Shown here one piece after another: positions 1 to 10,000 of a stretch of 43,944 bases of DNA (positions within the stretch are counted from its first letter, which is position 1; each line of letters opens with the position of its first letter). Both the position numbers and the translations under genes were made by a program. The notes beneath the pieces were generated by a model. It had not been told where the DNA came from and ran no database searches. It worked only from the letters and a program-made list of their open reading frames with translations. Origin of the DNA: an uncultured Nitrososphaeria archaeon (GTDB lineage: Archaea; Thermoproteota; Nitrososphaeria_A; Caldarchaeales; Wolframiiraptoraceae); the NCBI GenBank assembly GCA_964555135.1, contig CAZKRR010000002.1:1-43944 (forward strand). Reading direction: 5' to 3'.

Positions 1-92
1 CTTTCCTCATTGATTCTTCTCTTCGATATATCATGATAATATTCAGCGCTCAAGATCCCGATCATCCCGTCAAGGTCAGCCTGGTCAGACAC
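1..92 (-). CDS. possible 5' end of a gene running off the left edge (hypothetical)
   Basis: Hand translation of the minus strand from GTG at 92..90 gives VSDQADLDGMIGILSAEYYHDISKRRINEE, open to position 1, with an in-frame stop just upstream. It is divergent from the 205..588 gene. Too short to identify. Confidence 0.2.
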   Translation of the reverse strand, partial: MSDQADLDGMIGILSAEYYHDISKRRINEE

Positions 93-204
93 ATCATCTA
101 AATTTTTCTATTCTTCTCCATTATTAAGATTTTCTTGTAGACAGGCTTATTATATTCTATTAAAGATTTTTATCATCTTTCCCCTACGTTTTTGTGAATA
201 GTAT

Positions 205-588
205 ATGAAGATTAAGATTGAAGCTGAGGTTTATCCAACTGAGAGTAGGGAAAAAGTCATGCAAGCAGTTAAAAACCTATTTCCAAGTACTGATCTCCAC
301 GTTCAAGCTCAAGGGAATATTGAGGTTGTAGTTGGTGAGGGAGCTGGCTTAGAATTTCTAGAGAACTTGAAGAGTATGCTCAGAAGTAGGAAGATTAGAG
401 CTGCAGCGAGAAGCATTCTAAGACAATCCAAGCTCAATGGGAAGCTAGTATTTTATATGAATAAGCAGGCTGCCTACGCAAAGCAGGCATCTTTTACTGA
501 GCCTTTCACTGAGTCACCTCTACCACCCATAAGAGTAGAGATAGAAAGTGACGATGTAGATAAAGTAATTGAGTGGTTAACGGAGTAG
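205..588 (+). CDS. UPF0201/COG1931-type small predicted RNA-binding protein
   Basis: 127-aa ORF. The N-terminus MKIKIEAEVYPTESREKV and overall size resemble the archaeal UPF0201 family as I recall it. No search was run. Confidence 0.55.
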   Translation: MKIKIEAEVYPTESREKVMQAVKNLFPSTDLHVQAQGNIEVVVGEGAGLEFLENLKSMLRSRKIRAAARSILRQSKLNGKLVFYMNKQAAYAKQASFTEPFTESPLPPIRVEIESDDVDKVIEWLTE

Positions 589-611
589 AATAACAAGCTT
601 ATTCTAGCAGG

Positions 612-1532
612 TTAATCAGTATATGGGACTTCATATGTATGAAAGTCTTCTGCAAGATATGTTTCAGGAAATATCTTTACAGCTTCAAGAAGTAGCTTCT
701 CTGAATTATTCTCATACCTGGGGCTTATATGGAATAGGTATAGCCTCTTTACTCTTGCTTTTCTAGCAATCTCAGCTGCTTGCCTCGATGTTGAGTGCCC
801 TTGTTCTGCAGCTTCTACTTCATAGCTTGAATCAAACGTTGAGTCATGAATCAATACATCTGCATTTCTTGCAAACTCAGTAATTCTATCATCTGGCGTG
901 GTATCTCCCGTATAGATAATCTTCCTACCGGGACGCGGTGGTCCAACAGCATCCTCAGGTCTTATTATTCTACCACCCCATTCTACTGATTCTCCTCTTT
1001 GAAGTCTCCCCCATAAAGGTCCTCTAGGTAAACCTATACGTTCCAAAAACTCTACATTCATCTTTCCAGCCCTTTTCTTCTCTCTAAACATATAGCAGAA
1101 AGATTGAATGGTGTGGCAAGATCTAATAGCTTCAACCTCATATTCTCTAGATTGATGGATTAATCCTTCCTTTGTTCTTCTAACTTCTACTTCAAAATGG
1201 ATCTTTCCGTATCTTGTTTTCTGAAACATTTCTATAAAATCTTCTACCCCTGTAGGTCCATAGATTACGATAGGCTCTTTTCTATCTAGCATTGAGAGGG
1301 TGTAGAGTAGCCCAGGCAGTCCTAGTACGTGGTCTCCGTGGAGATGTGTGAGGAATATAGTAAACTTAGCTTTGAATCCTACGCCTGCTTTCATCATCTG
1401 TCTCTGAGTCGATTCTCCACAATCAAACAATAGTAGTTCTCCACTGAAGTTTACTGCGATGGATGGGAGTCCTCTATTAATGCTTGGGGTGCCTCCGCCT
1501 GTACCGAGGAAGGTTAGCCTTAACGTACTCAT
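612..1532 (-). CDS. rnz: ribonuclease Z (tRNA 3' endonuclease, metallo-beta-lactamase fold)
   Basis: 306 aa. N-terminus LTFLGTGGGTPS, HxHxDH motif HLHGDH, C-terminal HIS motif. Overlaps the upstream trm11 gene by 4 nt. Confidence 0.9.
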   Translation of the reverse strand: MSTLRLTFLGTGGGTPSINRGLPSIAVNFSGELLLFDCGESTQRQMMKAGVGFKAKFTIFLTHLHGDHVLGLPGLLYTLSMLDRKEPIVIYGPTGVEDFIEMFQKTRYGKIHFEVEVRRTKEGLIHQSREYEVEAIRSCHTIQSFCYMFREKKRAGKMNVEFLERIGLPRGPLWGRLQRGESVEWGGRIIRPEDAVGPPRPGRKIIYTGDTTPDDRITEFARNADVLIHDSTFDSSYEVEAAEQGHSTSRQAAEIARKARVKRLYLFHISPRYENNSEKLLLEAVKIFPETYLAEDFHTYEVPYTD

Positions 1533-2560
1533 CTAAACACCATGATCTTTCTTATAAGACTCCTATGTATTCTTACCTTATATGATTCCTGTAGAGTATA
1601 GCCCATGTCTGATGCGATATCCTCAATATTTATTTCTTGAGGTGTAACTAAGGTTACTGTGCCATCATCTCCTAGACACTCCCGTGACTCGGAGAAGAAT
1701 GTTTCAAGTAGATTGAATAGAGAATAATCGGGGATCGTAGTTGACCTACCATAAGGAGGGTCTGTAACTATACTATCGAAGCATTTTCTAAACATTAGTT
1801 TCCTAGCATCTCCTACGACTATATTCTCCAAACTTGGAGTGTAATATCTTAGATTCCTTAAAGAGCCCATAGCTATCCATTTCTTCAATTCTATACCATA
1901 AACTTCGTAGCCTAGGAGTGCTGCTTCAATCATTATGCCTCCTGTTCCCGCAAAAGGATCTAATATTCTCCCTCCAATCTTCGTTCTACTTAAATTGACG
2001 AGGCATCTAGATAGATCAGGCTGCATAGCAGAGGGTAGAGTAAATGGTCTTCGCCCAGCAACTCTATAATAGAAGTATCTCCTAGGTTTAGTCTTCTCGA
2101 GGATTCCGATATACGTTTTTTCTGGAGAAGATATGAAGGTTATTGTATAATCTGGTTTTCTCAAATTGACTTTTAAGCTAGGTAAATTATCAATGATTAA
2201 GCTTCCGATCTTTCTTTCGAGATTTGTTTTTCTAATGCTTGCTCCATTAATCGTTAGCCCTCTCACTACTGTTGTGGAATTAGGCGGTATTAGGTCTCTG
2301 ATAACTGAGGGGTCGATTGAAGATAGTATATCTCTCTCATCAGTCATTGTCTCAAACAATAATCGAGCCGACAACTTAGCGTATGCAGCTCTCTCTACAA
2401 CTTCTTCCGCAACATTGCTTAACGTTTCTACAATTAATACTCTACCTTCCCTCTTAATTACTCTATGACTGGGATGAAGGAGGGAGAGAACTGCTTTTAC
2501 TTCACCGAATGATAGTTCTACATCAAGTCCTGATAATAAGAAGAGGTGTCTTTCATCCAT
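1529..2560 (-). CDS. trm11: tRNA (guanine10-N2)-methyltransferase, Trm11/Trm-G10 type (THUMP + Rossmann methyltransferase)
   Basis: 343 aa. SAM motif I DPFAGTGG and motif IV DPPYG follow an N-terminal region of about 170 aa of THUMP size. Overlaps prs by 8 nt and rnz by 4 nt. Confidence 0.75.
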   Translation of the reverse strand: MDERHLFLLSGLDVELSFGEVKAVLSLLHPSHRVIKREGRVLIVETLSNVAEEVVERAAYAKLSARLLFETMTDERDILSSIDPSVIRDLIPPNSTTVVRGLTINGASIRKTNLERKIGSLIIDNLPSLKVNLRKPDYTITFISSPEKTYIGILEKTKPRRYFYYRVAGRRPFTLPSAMQPDLSRCLVNLSRTKIGGRILDPFAGTGGIMIEAALLGYEVYGIELKKWIAMGSLRNLRYYTPSLENIVVGDARKLMFRKCFDSIVTDPPYGRSTTIPDYSLFNLLETFFSESRECLGDDGTVTLVTPQEINIEDIASDMGYTLQESYKVRIHRSLIRKIMVFR

Positions 2561-3428
2561 ATTTTTTCTTTAATGCTTCTGAGATTATTCCTGCGACACT
2601 ATATTCAGCGAACTTGTTCGGGATAGTATCTGACGCTATTATCCTATCTGCACCTGCGTTAAAGATTTTCTCAACAGCATCTCCAACTAGTAGAGCATGG
2701 ATACATGTTACGTAGATCTTCTGGAAACCACGTTTCTTTAAAAGTTTAATTAATTCAACCATCGTGCCACCCGTACTTATTATATCGTCCACTATTATTG
2801 CTTCCATCCCTGGAATACCGTCAAGTTCTACTCTTACAGTACCTGTAACCTTATCCCTCTCAGATTGAGCTGCCGTATATGTTACTCCTAAGTTTTCTGC
2901 AAGCATTTTGGCCATATCAAGACCTTTCTTCCCAACGGAGACTACGATTGGGTTGCTGAAGTTATATCTCCGGATATGGGCTGCTAGGGGTTCCTCTCCT
3001 CTTAAGTCTATGATAGGGACTGGAGATTCTGGAATAAGCCAGGGACAATGTATATTGACGGTGTATGTTTTTCTTAATCCCAGGTTCTTGAGGATCTTTA
3101 ATAATGTCATGAAGCTTATAGCTTCACCGTCTAGGAATCTTTTATCCTGTCTAGTATATGCTAGGTAAGGTGAGACTAATTCAACCGAGTTTGCACCCAA
3201 ATCTATTAATGTATCAATGAGTAGAAATGTCTGGATTGCATGGGTGTCTTGAGGCGGATGCATACCCTGAATGATGGCTATATCTTCTCCTTTCACATCT
3301 TGTTTTACTCTAATATAGTTTTCACTGTCGGGGAAGAATCTATGCTCAACTTCTATTAGATCAGCTTTCATAATCCTTGATATCTTGTAAGCAATCTCAA
3401 TAGATGCTGGACCTGCTAATAGCTTCAT
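2553..3428 (-). CDS. prs: ribose-phosphate pyrophosphokinase (PRPP synthetase)
   Basis: 291 aa. PRPP-binding loop IIVDDIISTGGT and typical Prs length and layout. Confidence 0.9.
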   Translation of the reverse strand: MKLLAGPASIEIAYKISRIMKADLIEVEHRFFPDSENYIRVKQDVKGEDIAIIQGMHPPQDTHAIQTFLLIDTLIDLGANSVELVSPYLAYTRQDKRFLDGEAISFMTLLKILKNLGLRKTYTVNIHCPWLIPESPVPIIDLRGEEPLAAHIRRYNFSNPIVVSVGKKGLDMAKMLAENLGVTYTAAQSERDKVTGTVRVELDGIPGMEAIIVDDIISTGGTMVELIKLLKKRGFQKIYVTCIHALLVGDAVEKIFNAGADRIIASDTIPNKFAEYSVAGIISEALKKKYG

Positions 3429-3447
3429 GCACTATCTCTCCATAGAT

Positions 3448-4167
3448 TTAGAGCAAGACTATTTCCAATCTCTTATTGAATCTTCCCTTATTGACAGTCT
3501 TTACAATCTTTATTTTTCCAACCTCTTTAGTATTCGATACGTGTGTTCCACCATCTAGTTGGGCATCGAAACCCTCTATCTCAACTATCCTCAAAGAGGG
3601 GAGATTGGGTATTAGTTCAGGTTTTATACGAATTAGCTCTGGATTGTTTACTAGTTCTTCTCTAGGTATGAATCTTATCTTAACATTTTTACCTTCATCT
3701 ACAATCCTATTAGCTTCGTACTCTATTCTCTCAACTTTATCCTTACTTAAATCTTCTAGAGTAAAGTCTATCCTAGCTTTATCTTCACTAATCTGGCTTC
3801 CCGTAATAGTAGAGTTGTATAAATGGTACACGACCCCTGCAAGTATATGTAGTGCCGTATGATAACGCATATGTCTATACCTTTTCCCCCAATCTATGAT
3901 TCCCTTCACTACAGCGCCTCTACTTGGCAACTCCCCGCTTAATACATGGTGTACTTCTTCACCTTTCTTTATGACATGAATTACATTTGATCTATATTGT
4001 TCCCACTCTATCCAGCCTGTATCACTTGGCTGACCACCACCTTCGGGGTAGAAGGCCGTCCTATCGAGTATGACGCTCTCCTCTTTTATATCTGTTACTA
4101 TTGCTTCAAATTCACTGATATAACAATCTCTTAAATAAAGAAGCTCAGTCATTCCAATAATAAACAT
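3448..4167 (-). CDS. alaX: alanyl-tRNA editing protein AlaX (AlaX-M size class)
   Basis: 239 aa. HxxxH motif HTALH. The second metal motif reads DGGTH where CxxxH is expected. The true start may be the M at residue 6 (MTELLYLRD). Confidence 0.8.
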   Translation of the reverse strand: MFIIGMTELLYLRDCYISEFEAIVTDIKEESVILDRTAFYPEGGGQPSDTGWIEWEQYRSNVIHVIKKGEEVHHVLSGELPSRGAVVKGIIDWGKRYRHMRYHTALHILAGVVYHLYNSTITGSQISEDKARIDFTLEDLSKDKVERIEYEANRIVDEGKNVKIRFIPREELVNNPELIRIKPELIPNLPSLRIVEIEGFDAQLDGGTHVSNTKEVGKIKIVKTVNKGRFNKRLEIVLL

Positions 4168-4261
4168 TAAAAGCTAAATGAAAAATATTTCCCGCACATA
4201 TTCATTCATAATCAGATAGGAGTAATAACTGTATTTTAATAACAGGTTACTAGGAATATAT

Positions 4262-4765
4262 TTGATGAGCTTGGGAGGAGAGATATATAGAAAGATTAGG
4301 TCAATCTTTCAAGATACACCACACCGATTTGGTTGGATAGATGAATATGTTGCAGGCTCTGGTAGACCTACAAGCTTCGAGCAGGTTAAATGGGTGAAAG
4401 AGAGAGGAATTTCGATGATAGTATCCCTAACCGAGTCACCTTTACCCAATGAATGGGTGGAAGAGCTCAACATCAAGTATTTGCATTTTCCAATCAAAGA
4501 CCACTCAGCACCAAGCGTTGAAGTAGTAGAAAAAATCGTTAAAGAGATAATGAAAGAAGTTAAAGCGGGAGGGAGGGTACTTGTGCATTGTGGTGCTGGG
4601 CTAGGTAGGACAGGAGTCATATTGGCTTCCTACATTATAGCTAAGAAAAGCATTATACCCGAAGATTCAATAAGGATCATTAGAAAGATGAGACCAGGCT
4701 CAATAGAGCTGAATCAGGAAAAATCTATATATGAATTTTATAGAAGACTGAGCCAGTCGCAGTAA
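4262..4765 (+). CDS. dual-specificity / tyrosine protein phosphatase (CX5R)
   Basis: 167 aa with the active-site signature VHCGAGLGRTG. A TTG at 4262 is immediately followed by an ATG at 4265, which is probably the real start. Confidence 0.8.
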   Translation: MMSLGGEIYRKIRSIFQDTPHRFGWIDEYVAGSGRPTSFEQVKWVKERGISMIVSLTESPLPNEWVEELNIKYLHFPIKDHSAPSVEVVEKIVKEIMKEVKAGGRVLVHCGAGLGRTGVILASYIIAKKSIIPEDSIRIIRKMRPGSIELNQEKSIYEFYRRLSQSQ

Positions 4766-4778
4766 TCTTCCTTCCTAC

Positions 4779-6995
4779 CTAGACTTGTTCTAGGATCTTC
4801 TCTGCCGTCTTTCTACCTATCCCCAGGATTCTTGCCAGGTCGTCAATCGTGGCAGTTCTCAGCTTCTCGATAGATGTATATCCAGCTCGATGGAGAGCTC
4901 TTGCCCTCACTCTTCCTATACCCTTTAATCTAGTGAGGGGTATAAGTTCTTCTCTAACACCATACTTTATTCTTTCCATTAGCCTTTCATACGGTATGAC
5001 GAACCTACTATTTCCAGAAACCTTAGCTATCTGTGAAGCAGAGTAAGCAATCCATTCAGCAGCCTCTCTAAGAGCCGCCATGTCTCCAGGCTGTACCCCA
5101 AATCTGTCATACAGCTCAGCTTCAGGTAATTCCTCAATCCATCCTTCAAGGACCATGGCCAATCTTACAGCATCTAAGTATTCATCGTAACCTGGATCGC
5201 CAGGATCTGGTGCTGGCGCGATAATCCAATCTCTGTTCTTTTCTAGATATTCTTCGAGCAGTGAGATGCTTAGCTTCTTCATAGGTATTCTAGGTACTTC
5301 AGGGGTTAAAGCGATTAAGTGTAGCATGCCGAAAGTATTTAGAGTGGGAGGGGCTTTTTCAAAGTTTTCCAATAGTATCTTAGCTGTTAGAGGATCTATG
5401 TATAATTGAGAGACTCTTATTCCAAGTCTTGTAGCCTTCAGGAATTGACCATTAACCTCGATGAATCTATACGATTTTAAGAATTGTATGGTTGACTCAA
5501 TTCTGCTTCTTACACTCTTTGAACCATAAAGGTGACCGAGATATGTTTCTTCAAAAAATTTTAATAAACTAGGAATACTGTCAACCTCAGCTGAAGATAT
5601 TATTGATAAGACATGAGTCCTTAAATGTTTCTCTGAGGATAGTCTAGAAACAATCTTTTCTAATTCTCCGTTAATATATTCTTCGATGATGTATTCTTTT
5701 TCTTCTTTTGTACGAGAAACCGTTAAAGCATAACCGATTTCATCATATAAAGGTCTACCAGCTCTACCACAGAATTGCTTATACTCTATTACAGGAATCT
5801 TCTGGTAACCGTATCCTGGGATGTACCTTCTTACTTCAGTTATTAATACCATTCTCGCAGGTAGATTTACTCCTGCTGCTAGGGTTGGAGTAGCTACTAC
5901 AGCTTTTAAGAATCTTTTTCTGAAGGCTTCTTCAATTATCCTTCTATGATGGGAAGATAATCCAGCATGATGGAATGCTGCCCCTGCTTCTACAAGTTTA
6001 GCTAGATTCTCTGTAAAGCTACTCCTCTCTTCTATTAACAGTTCTGTTGCGTATTCTCTTAGTTTATCTCTTTCCTCCCAGGATATTGCATCAAGCCTCT
6101 CAGTGAACGCTTGAGCTATCTTAAACGCATAATCTTCAGCCTTCTTCCTAGTAGAAGAAAAGACTAAAGCTTGACCTCCTTCTTCAACTATATTTGACAC
6201 AGCATTAACTACAATATTTTTGTGTAGAATCTTTAATTCTCTGACTTCTCCATCCTTAAATTCTATCACAGAGTCTGTTAATACACCTTCTTTTAACGGA
6301 ACAGGCCTCCAATCTAGCTGAATTATCTTTGCATCCAACCATTTACCGAGATCCTCAGCATTACTTATAGTTGCACTTAATCCTATAAATTGAGCTCTCT
6401 GCAGGATTCTCTTAAGCCTAGTGATCACCATCTCAAGTGTTGGACCACGTTCACTATCACTTATCAAGTGGAGTTCATCAAGGATTACCAGTGATATGTC
6501 TTTAACCCATTGAGCGCCGTGTCTTAGAAGACTATCAGCTTTCTCATTTGTTGATACAATAATATCGAATGCTTGAAGCCACGGATCTGAAGAATCATAA
6601 TCGCCAGTTGAGATAGCTGCTTTAAAGCTTGAGCCAGCACATAAGATCTCATTGATCTCCACTATCTTCTCTGAGGCTAAAGCTCTTAGAGGTACGAGAT
6701 ATAGGACTTTCCCCCCTCGGGTGAGGTGGATAGAAGCTGTAAGTAGAGCAGCCAAAGTCTTACCTGAAGCTGTAGGAGTAGAAAGTATGATATTCTCTCC
6801 TTCTAGTATGCCTGCTTTGATGGCTTCAATCTGAGGTGGATAAAGCTCGCTAATATTCTTCTTAATTAGATTGTCTATGACATACTGGGGTATAGGTAAA
6901 TCTTTAATATTCAAAGGCGCTTCCCTAACCATAAGAGCATACATGAATAGATAAATTATCCTTGTCTTCTTTTCCCCTCTATAAAAACATTGCAA
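4779..6995 (-). CDS. hel308: Ski2-like DNA helicase Hel308/Hjm
   Basis: Walker A TPTASGKT, Walker B DELH, motif III SAT (LSATISN), C-terminal helix-hairpin-helix-like GIGRVRARAL...GIGRKTAEKI. The likely true start is the internal M at 6932 (MVREAPLNIKDLPIP). Confidence 0.85.
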   Translation of the reverse strand: MQCFYRGEKKTRIIYLFMYALMVREAPLNIKDLPIPQYVIDNLIKKNISELYPPQIEAIKAGILEGENIILSTPTASGKTLAALLTASIHLTRGGKVLYLVPLRALASEKIVEINEILCAGSSFKAAISTGDYDSSDPWLQAFDIIVSTNEKADSLLRHGAQWVKDISLVILDELHLISDSERGPTLEMVITRLKRILQRAQFIGLSATISNAEDLGKWLDAKIIQLDWRPVPLKEGVLTDSVIEFKDGEVRELKILHKNIVVNAVSNIVEEGGQALVFSSTRKKAEDYAFKIAQAFTERLDAISWEERDKLREYATELLIEERSSFTENLAKLVEAGAAFHHAGLSSHHRRIIEEAFRKRFLKAVVATPTLAAGVNLPARMVLITEVRRYIPGYGYQKIPVIEYKQFCGRAGRPLYDEIGYALTVSRTKEEKEYIIEEYINGELEKIVSRLSSEKHLRTHVLSIISSAEVDSIPSLLKFFEETYLGHLYGSKSVRSRIESTIQFLKSYRFIEVNGQFLKATRLGIRVSQLYIDPLTAKILLENFEKAPPTLNTFGMLHLIALTPEVPRIPMKKLSISLLEEYLEKNRDWIIAPAPDPGDPGYDEYLDAVRLAMVLEGWIEELPEAELYDRFGVQPGDMAALREAAEWIAYSASQIAKVSGNSRFVIPYERLMERIKYGVREELIPLTRLKGIGRVRARALHRAGYTSIEKLRTATIDDLARILGIGRKTAEKILEQV

Positions 6996-7032
6996 TACAT
7001 CTGTAAGTCTTCATCGTAATAACGTGTATACT

Positions 7033-10000
7033 CTAAGTTAGCCTATATATTCCAGGTTTAGGGGTGAATAATTTTCCATCGCTTAGCAATCTATTCAGGA
7101 TCGTCTTAATTTCCTGGTCTTCTATTCCATACTCTCTTAAAGCTTCTCTAAGTTCAGCATCTTCAACATATCCTTTCTTATTCTGTATTTCTCCTATAAT
7201 TTTTAGAACAATGCTAAACTTATCTCTTATGCTTTTCGGTTTTCCAGTCATTATAACATCTATGTCCGGTTTTCCCGTCTCAACATCTATACCGACTTCT
7301 GATAGACTCCTCTTCATTAAATCAATAACATCCATTACATCTTCTTCTGTAACATAATCTCTTAAGGCTGCTCTAGCTCTAGCTTCAGCCAAACGGATCA
7401 AAGATTCTAATTGGCGAGCCGTAATAGCTATAGTTGATGTCTGCTGATATATACTTCTCATTTGGAGATAAAAGTTCTCTATGAGTTTTGCTGCACGTGG
7501 AGTCAGCTCAGGCTGAATCCTCTTAGCATATGCGATGTATTTTCTCAGTGTCTCAGGTTTTATCACAGGCTCAGAAGGGGGCATAGACCTACTCTGTAAG
7601 CTGAGAATATGTGTAGCGATCTTCTGGTCATGCTCTGGGATGGGCTCATCTCTAAGAACAAATATCAAGTCAAACCTAGACAAGATCGTAATAGGAAGAT
7701 TAACATTAACCGTAAACGATTCATATGGGTTATATCTTCCAAGTTCAGGGTTCGCTGCTGCGAGTATCGACGTTCTAGCATTAAGAGTAGCGACAATTCC
7801 ACCCTTGGCTATACTAACAGTCTGCTGGGCCATCGATTCATGAATTGCAACTCTATCTTCAGGTCTCATCTTTTCTATCTCATCAATACAGCAGACACCC
7901 ATGTCTGCAAGAACTAGTGCACCGGCTTCCAATATCATGTTTCCTCCTTTATCGCGGACTACAGCTGCGGTGTTATGGACGATGAAGCCATTAGCAACGA
8001 ATGCGTGAGAATCATTTACTGTGATATCGTAGGCTTTCTCTAGTTTAATTTTTTTCAGATCTCTTACCTTGACTAAAATTACCTCATTACCAATACGTTT
8101 ATAATTATTATGTGATCCTCTCTTACATCTAACTAATTGTTGTAAAAGTTTTCTCTTATAGGGGTTACTAAACCCTATATTCTTTGAAAAAGCTATTATT
8201 GAGTGTTTATCAGTGATTGATAGCTCATATATTTCGCCACTTATAACTGCTTTATCTCTTACATTGGATACATGCGGTTTGCGTCTTACAAGAGCACACA
8301 CTATACCGAATCTCCGTAGTAACATGTCAACCTGTTCCGCTAACACTTTACTAGCAGTCGGAAAAGTAATGCATTTACCTTTAACTATACCACCATCATT
8401 TGTGAACAATTGTCTTAAGAAACATGCAATTAGACGGTTCGGTATTATAGATATTGTTGGATGAATCTGTAAGCCATCATATTTATCACCAACTGGTATT
8501 CCAAAGGCAGTTAGAAGTCTAGCCACTACATGGTTAGTGAAACGTACAGTGTAGCAGTTTTCTCTCCTATCTTTCTCAATCTTAGTTTTTATGCCGAATA
8601 ACTTTTTTACTCTTTTGACATATTTGAGCGCGTCAATATACGAACTCGTAGAATAATGTATTGTATAAGACTTGACTCTTCTGGCATGTTTAATTAAATA
8701 ACCACCAGAATAAATGTCCCCTATAAATTCTAGGAACAACTCATTTGGATAGGGAGGTAAGCGGATCTTTTCGATCCCCTTATAGCTTTTATACCCGACG
8801 AATCTAATGTGTGGGATGATTTGTTCTAAGCTCATCCCTAACTCGTTCAACATTTTCCTCAAGACTTGAAGTCTCGGATATTTAAGCCCTCTCCTCCATT
8901 GATAGTAGACGTAGTCTTCATTAACCTGAAGTATTTTTGCCACATTCCTTAGAGTCCCGTATTTTCTGGAAAGTCTAGAGAGTAGTTCTTTTAATTTGCT
9001 GGTATCTATCCCTACGAATACGTCATCTATATACTCGTAGAGGCATCTTCGCCAGTCTCCAATTATTTCTGGTAGCTTAAGGGCTTGTGCAACGTATTCT
9101 CCAACCTTAATCTCAGATGCCTTCTTCCATTTTACATTTTTTCCATCCTCTGAACATAAGAGCTGGGTTTCAGGTGTTACGGCAATTTTTTTCCCGAGAA
9201 ATGTAGACACTTCGATGGCTTCTTCCGCCTTCAGCCTATAATATTGGTTGATCTTGTGTTTCTCAATTTTTCCTAGATCCCTTGAGGGGGCGATTATATC
9301 AATGACCTCGGGATTTTCAGCGATCTCTTCGATGTGGCTTAACCTTACTAGACCGTTCTTTAGGTTTTCCTCGGTTAATCTGCCTATCGGCAGGATGCCC
9401 TTACTCGTATAGATCAAGGTATCCCCAGATACACATAATCCTGCGGCTGTAGAGCCTCTCCCAGAGGTGTAGAGTCCTCGTGGCGCGATCTGTGCAGCAT
9501 ATCTTAGTAGCTGGCTTTTCCCTGTTCCCGGGTCTCCGACCAGTAAGACATGTATGTCTCCTCTTACTCTAACACCGTCTGGGAATTGCTTTGTTCTCCC
9601 TCCGAAGAGTAGTAACATTATTGCTTTCTTGATATGTTCGAGACCATAGATTGATGGTGCGATACTCTCTACGAGTTTCTGATGTATATCTGGAGCACGG
9701 GCCATCTCTTTAAAAATCTTCTCTTCTTCAGGTGTTATCTGGAGTGATTCAGGCTCCTTACTCGCTGTTTCTATGCTTACTGCTTCAAGATACATTTTAG
9801 AAGTCTTTAATGGTGCCTCAGCTGTCCTCTCTTGAATTGCGTATAGTATTCCTGTTACTATAACTCTATCACCTGGTCTAGCTTTATCTACTAAGTCTCC
9901 TCTCAACCCTACGTCTATGCTTCTAGGTAGCTGCCCAGGCGGTAGGTCTTCAGGCTTCTCCTGAACCCCGACCATCTGGTAGTCATAGTACTCACTCTTC

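Noticed and set aside
3476-3862. 128-aa antisense ORF inside alaX, and similar antisense ORFs at 2166..2468, 7064..7917, 25497..26273, 29773..30129 and 31595..33332
   Set aside because: All of them are embedded in strongly supported genes on the other strand and have low-complexity, shadow-frame-like sequences.
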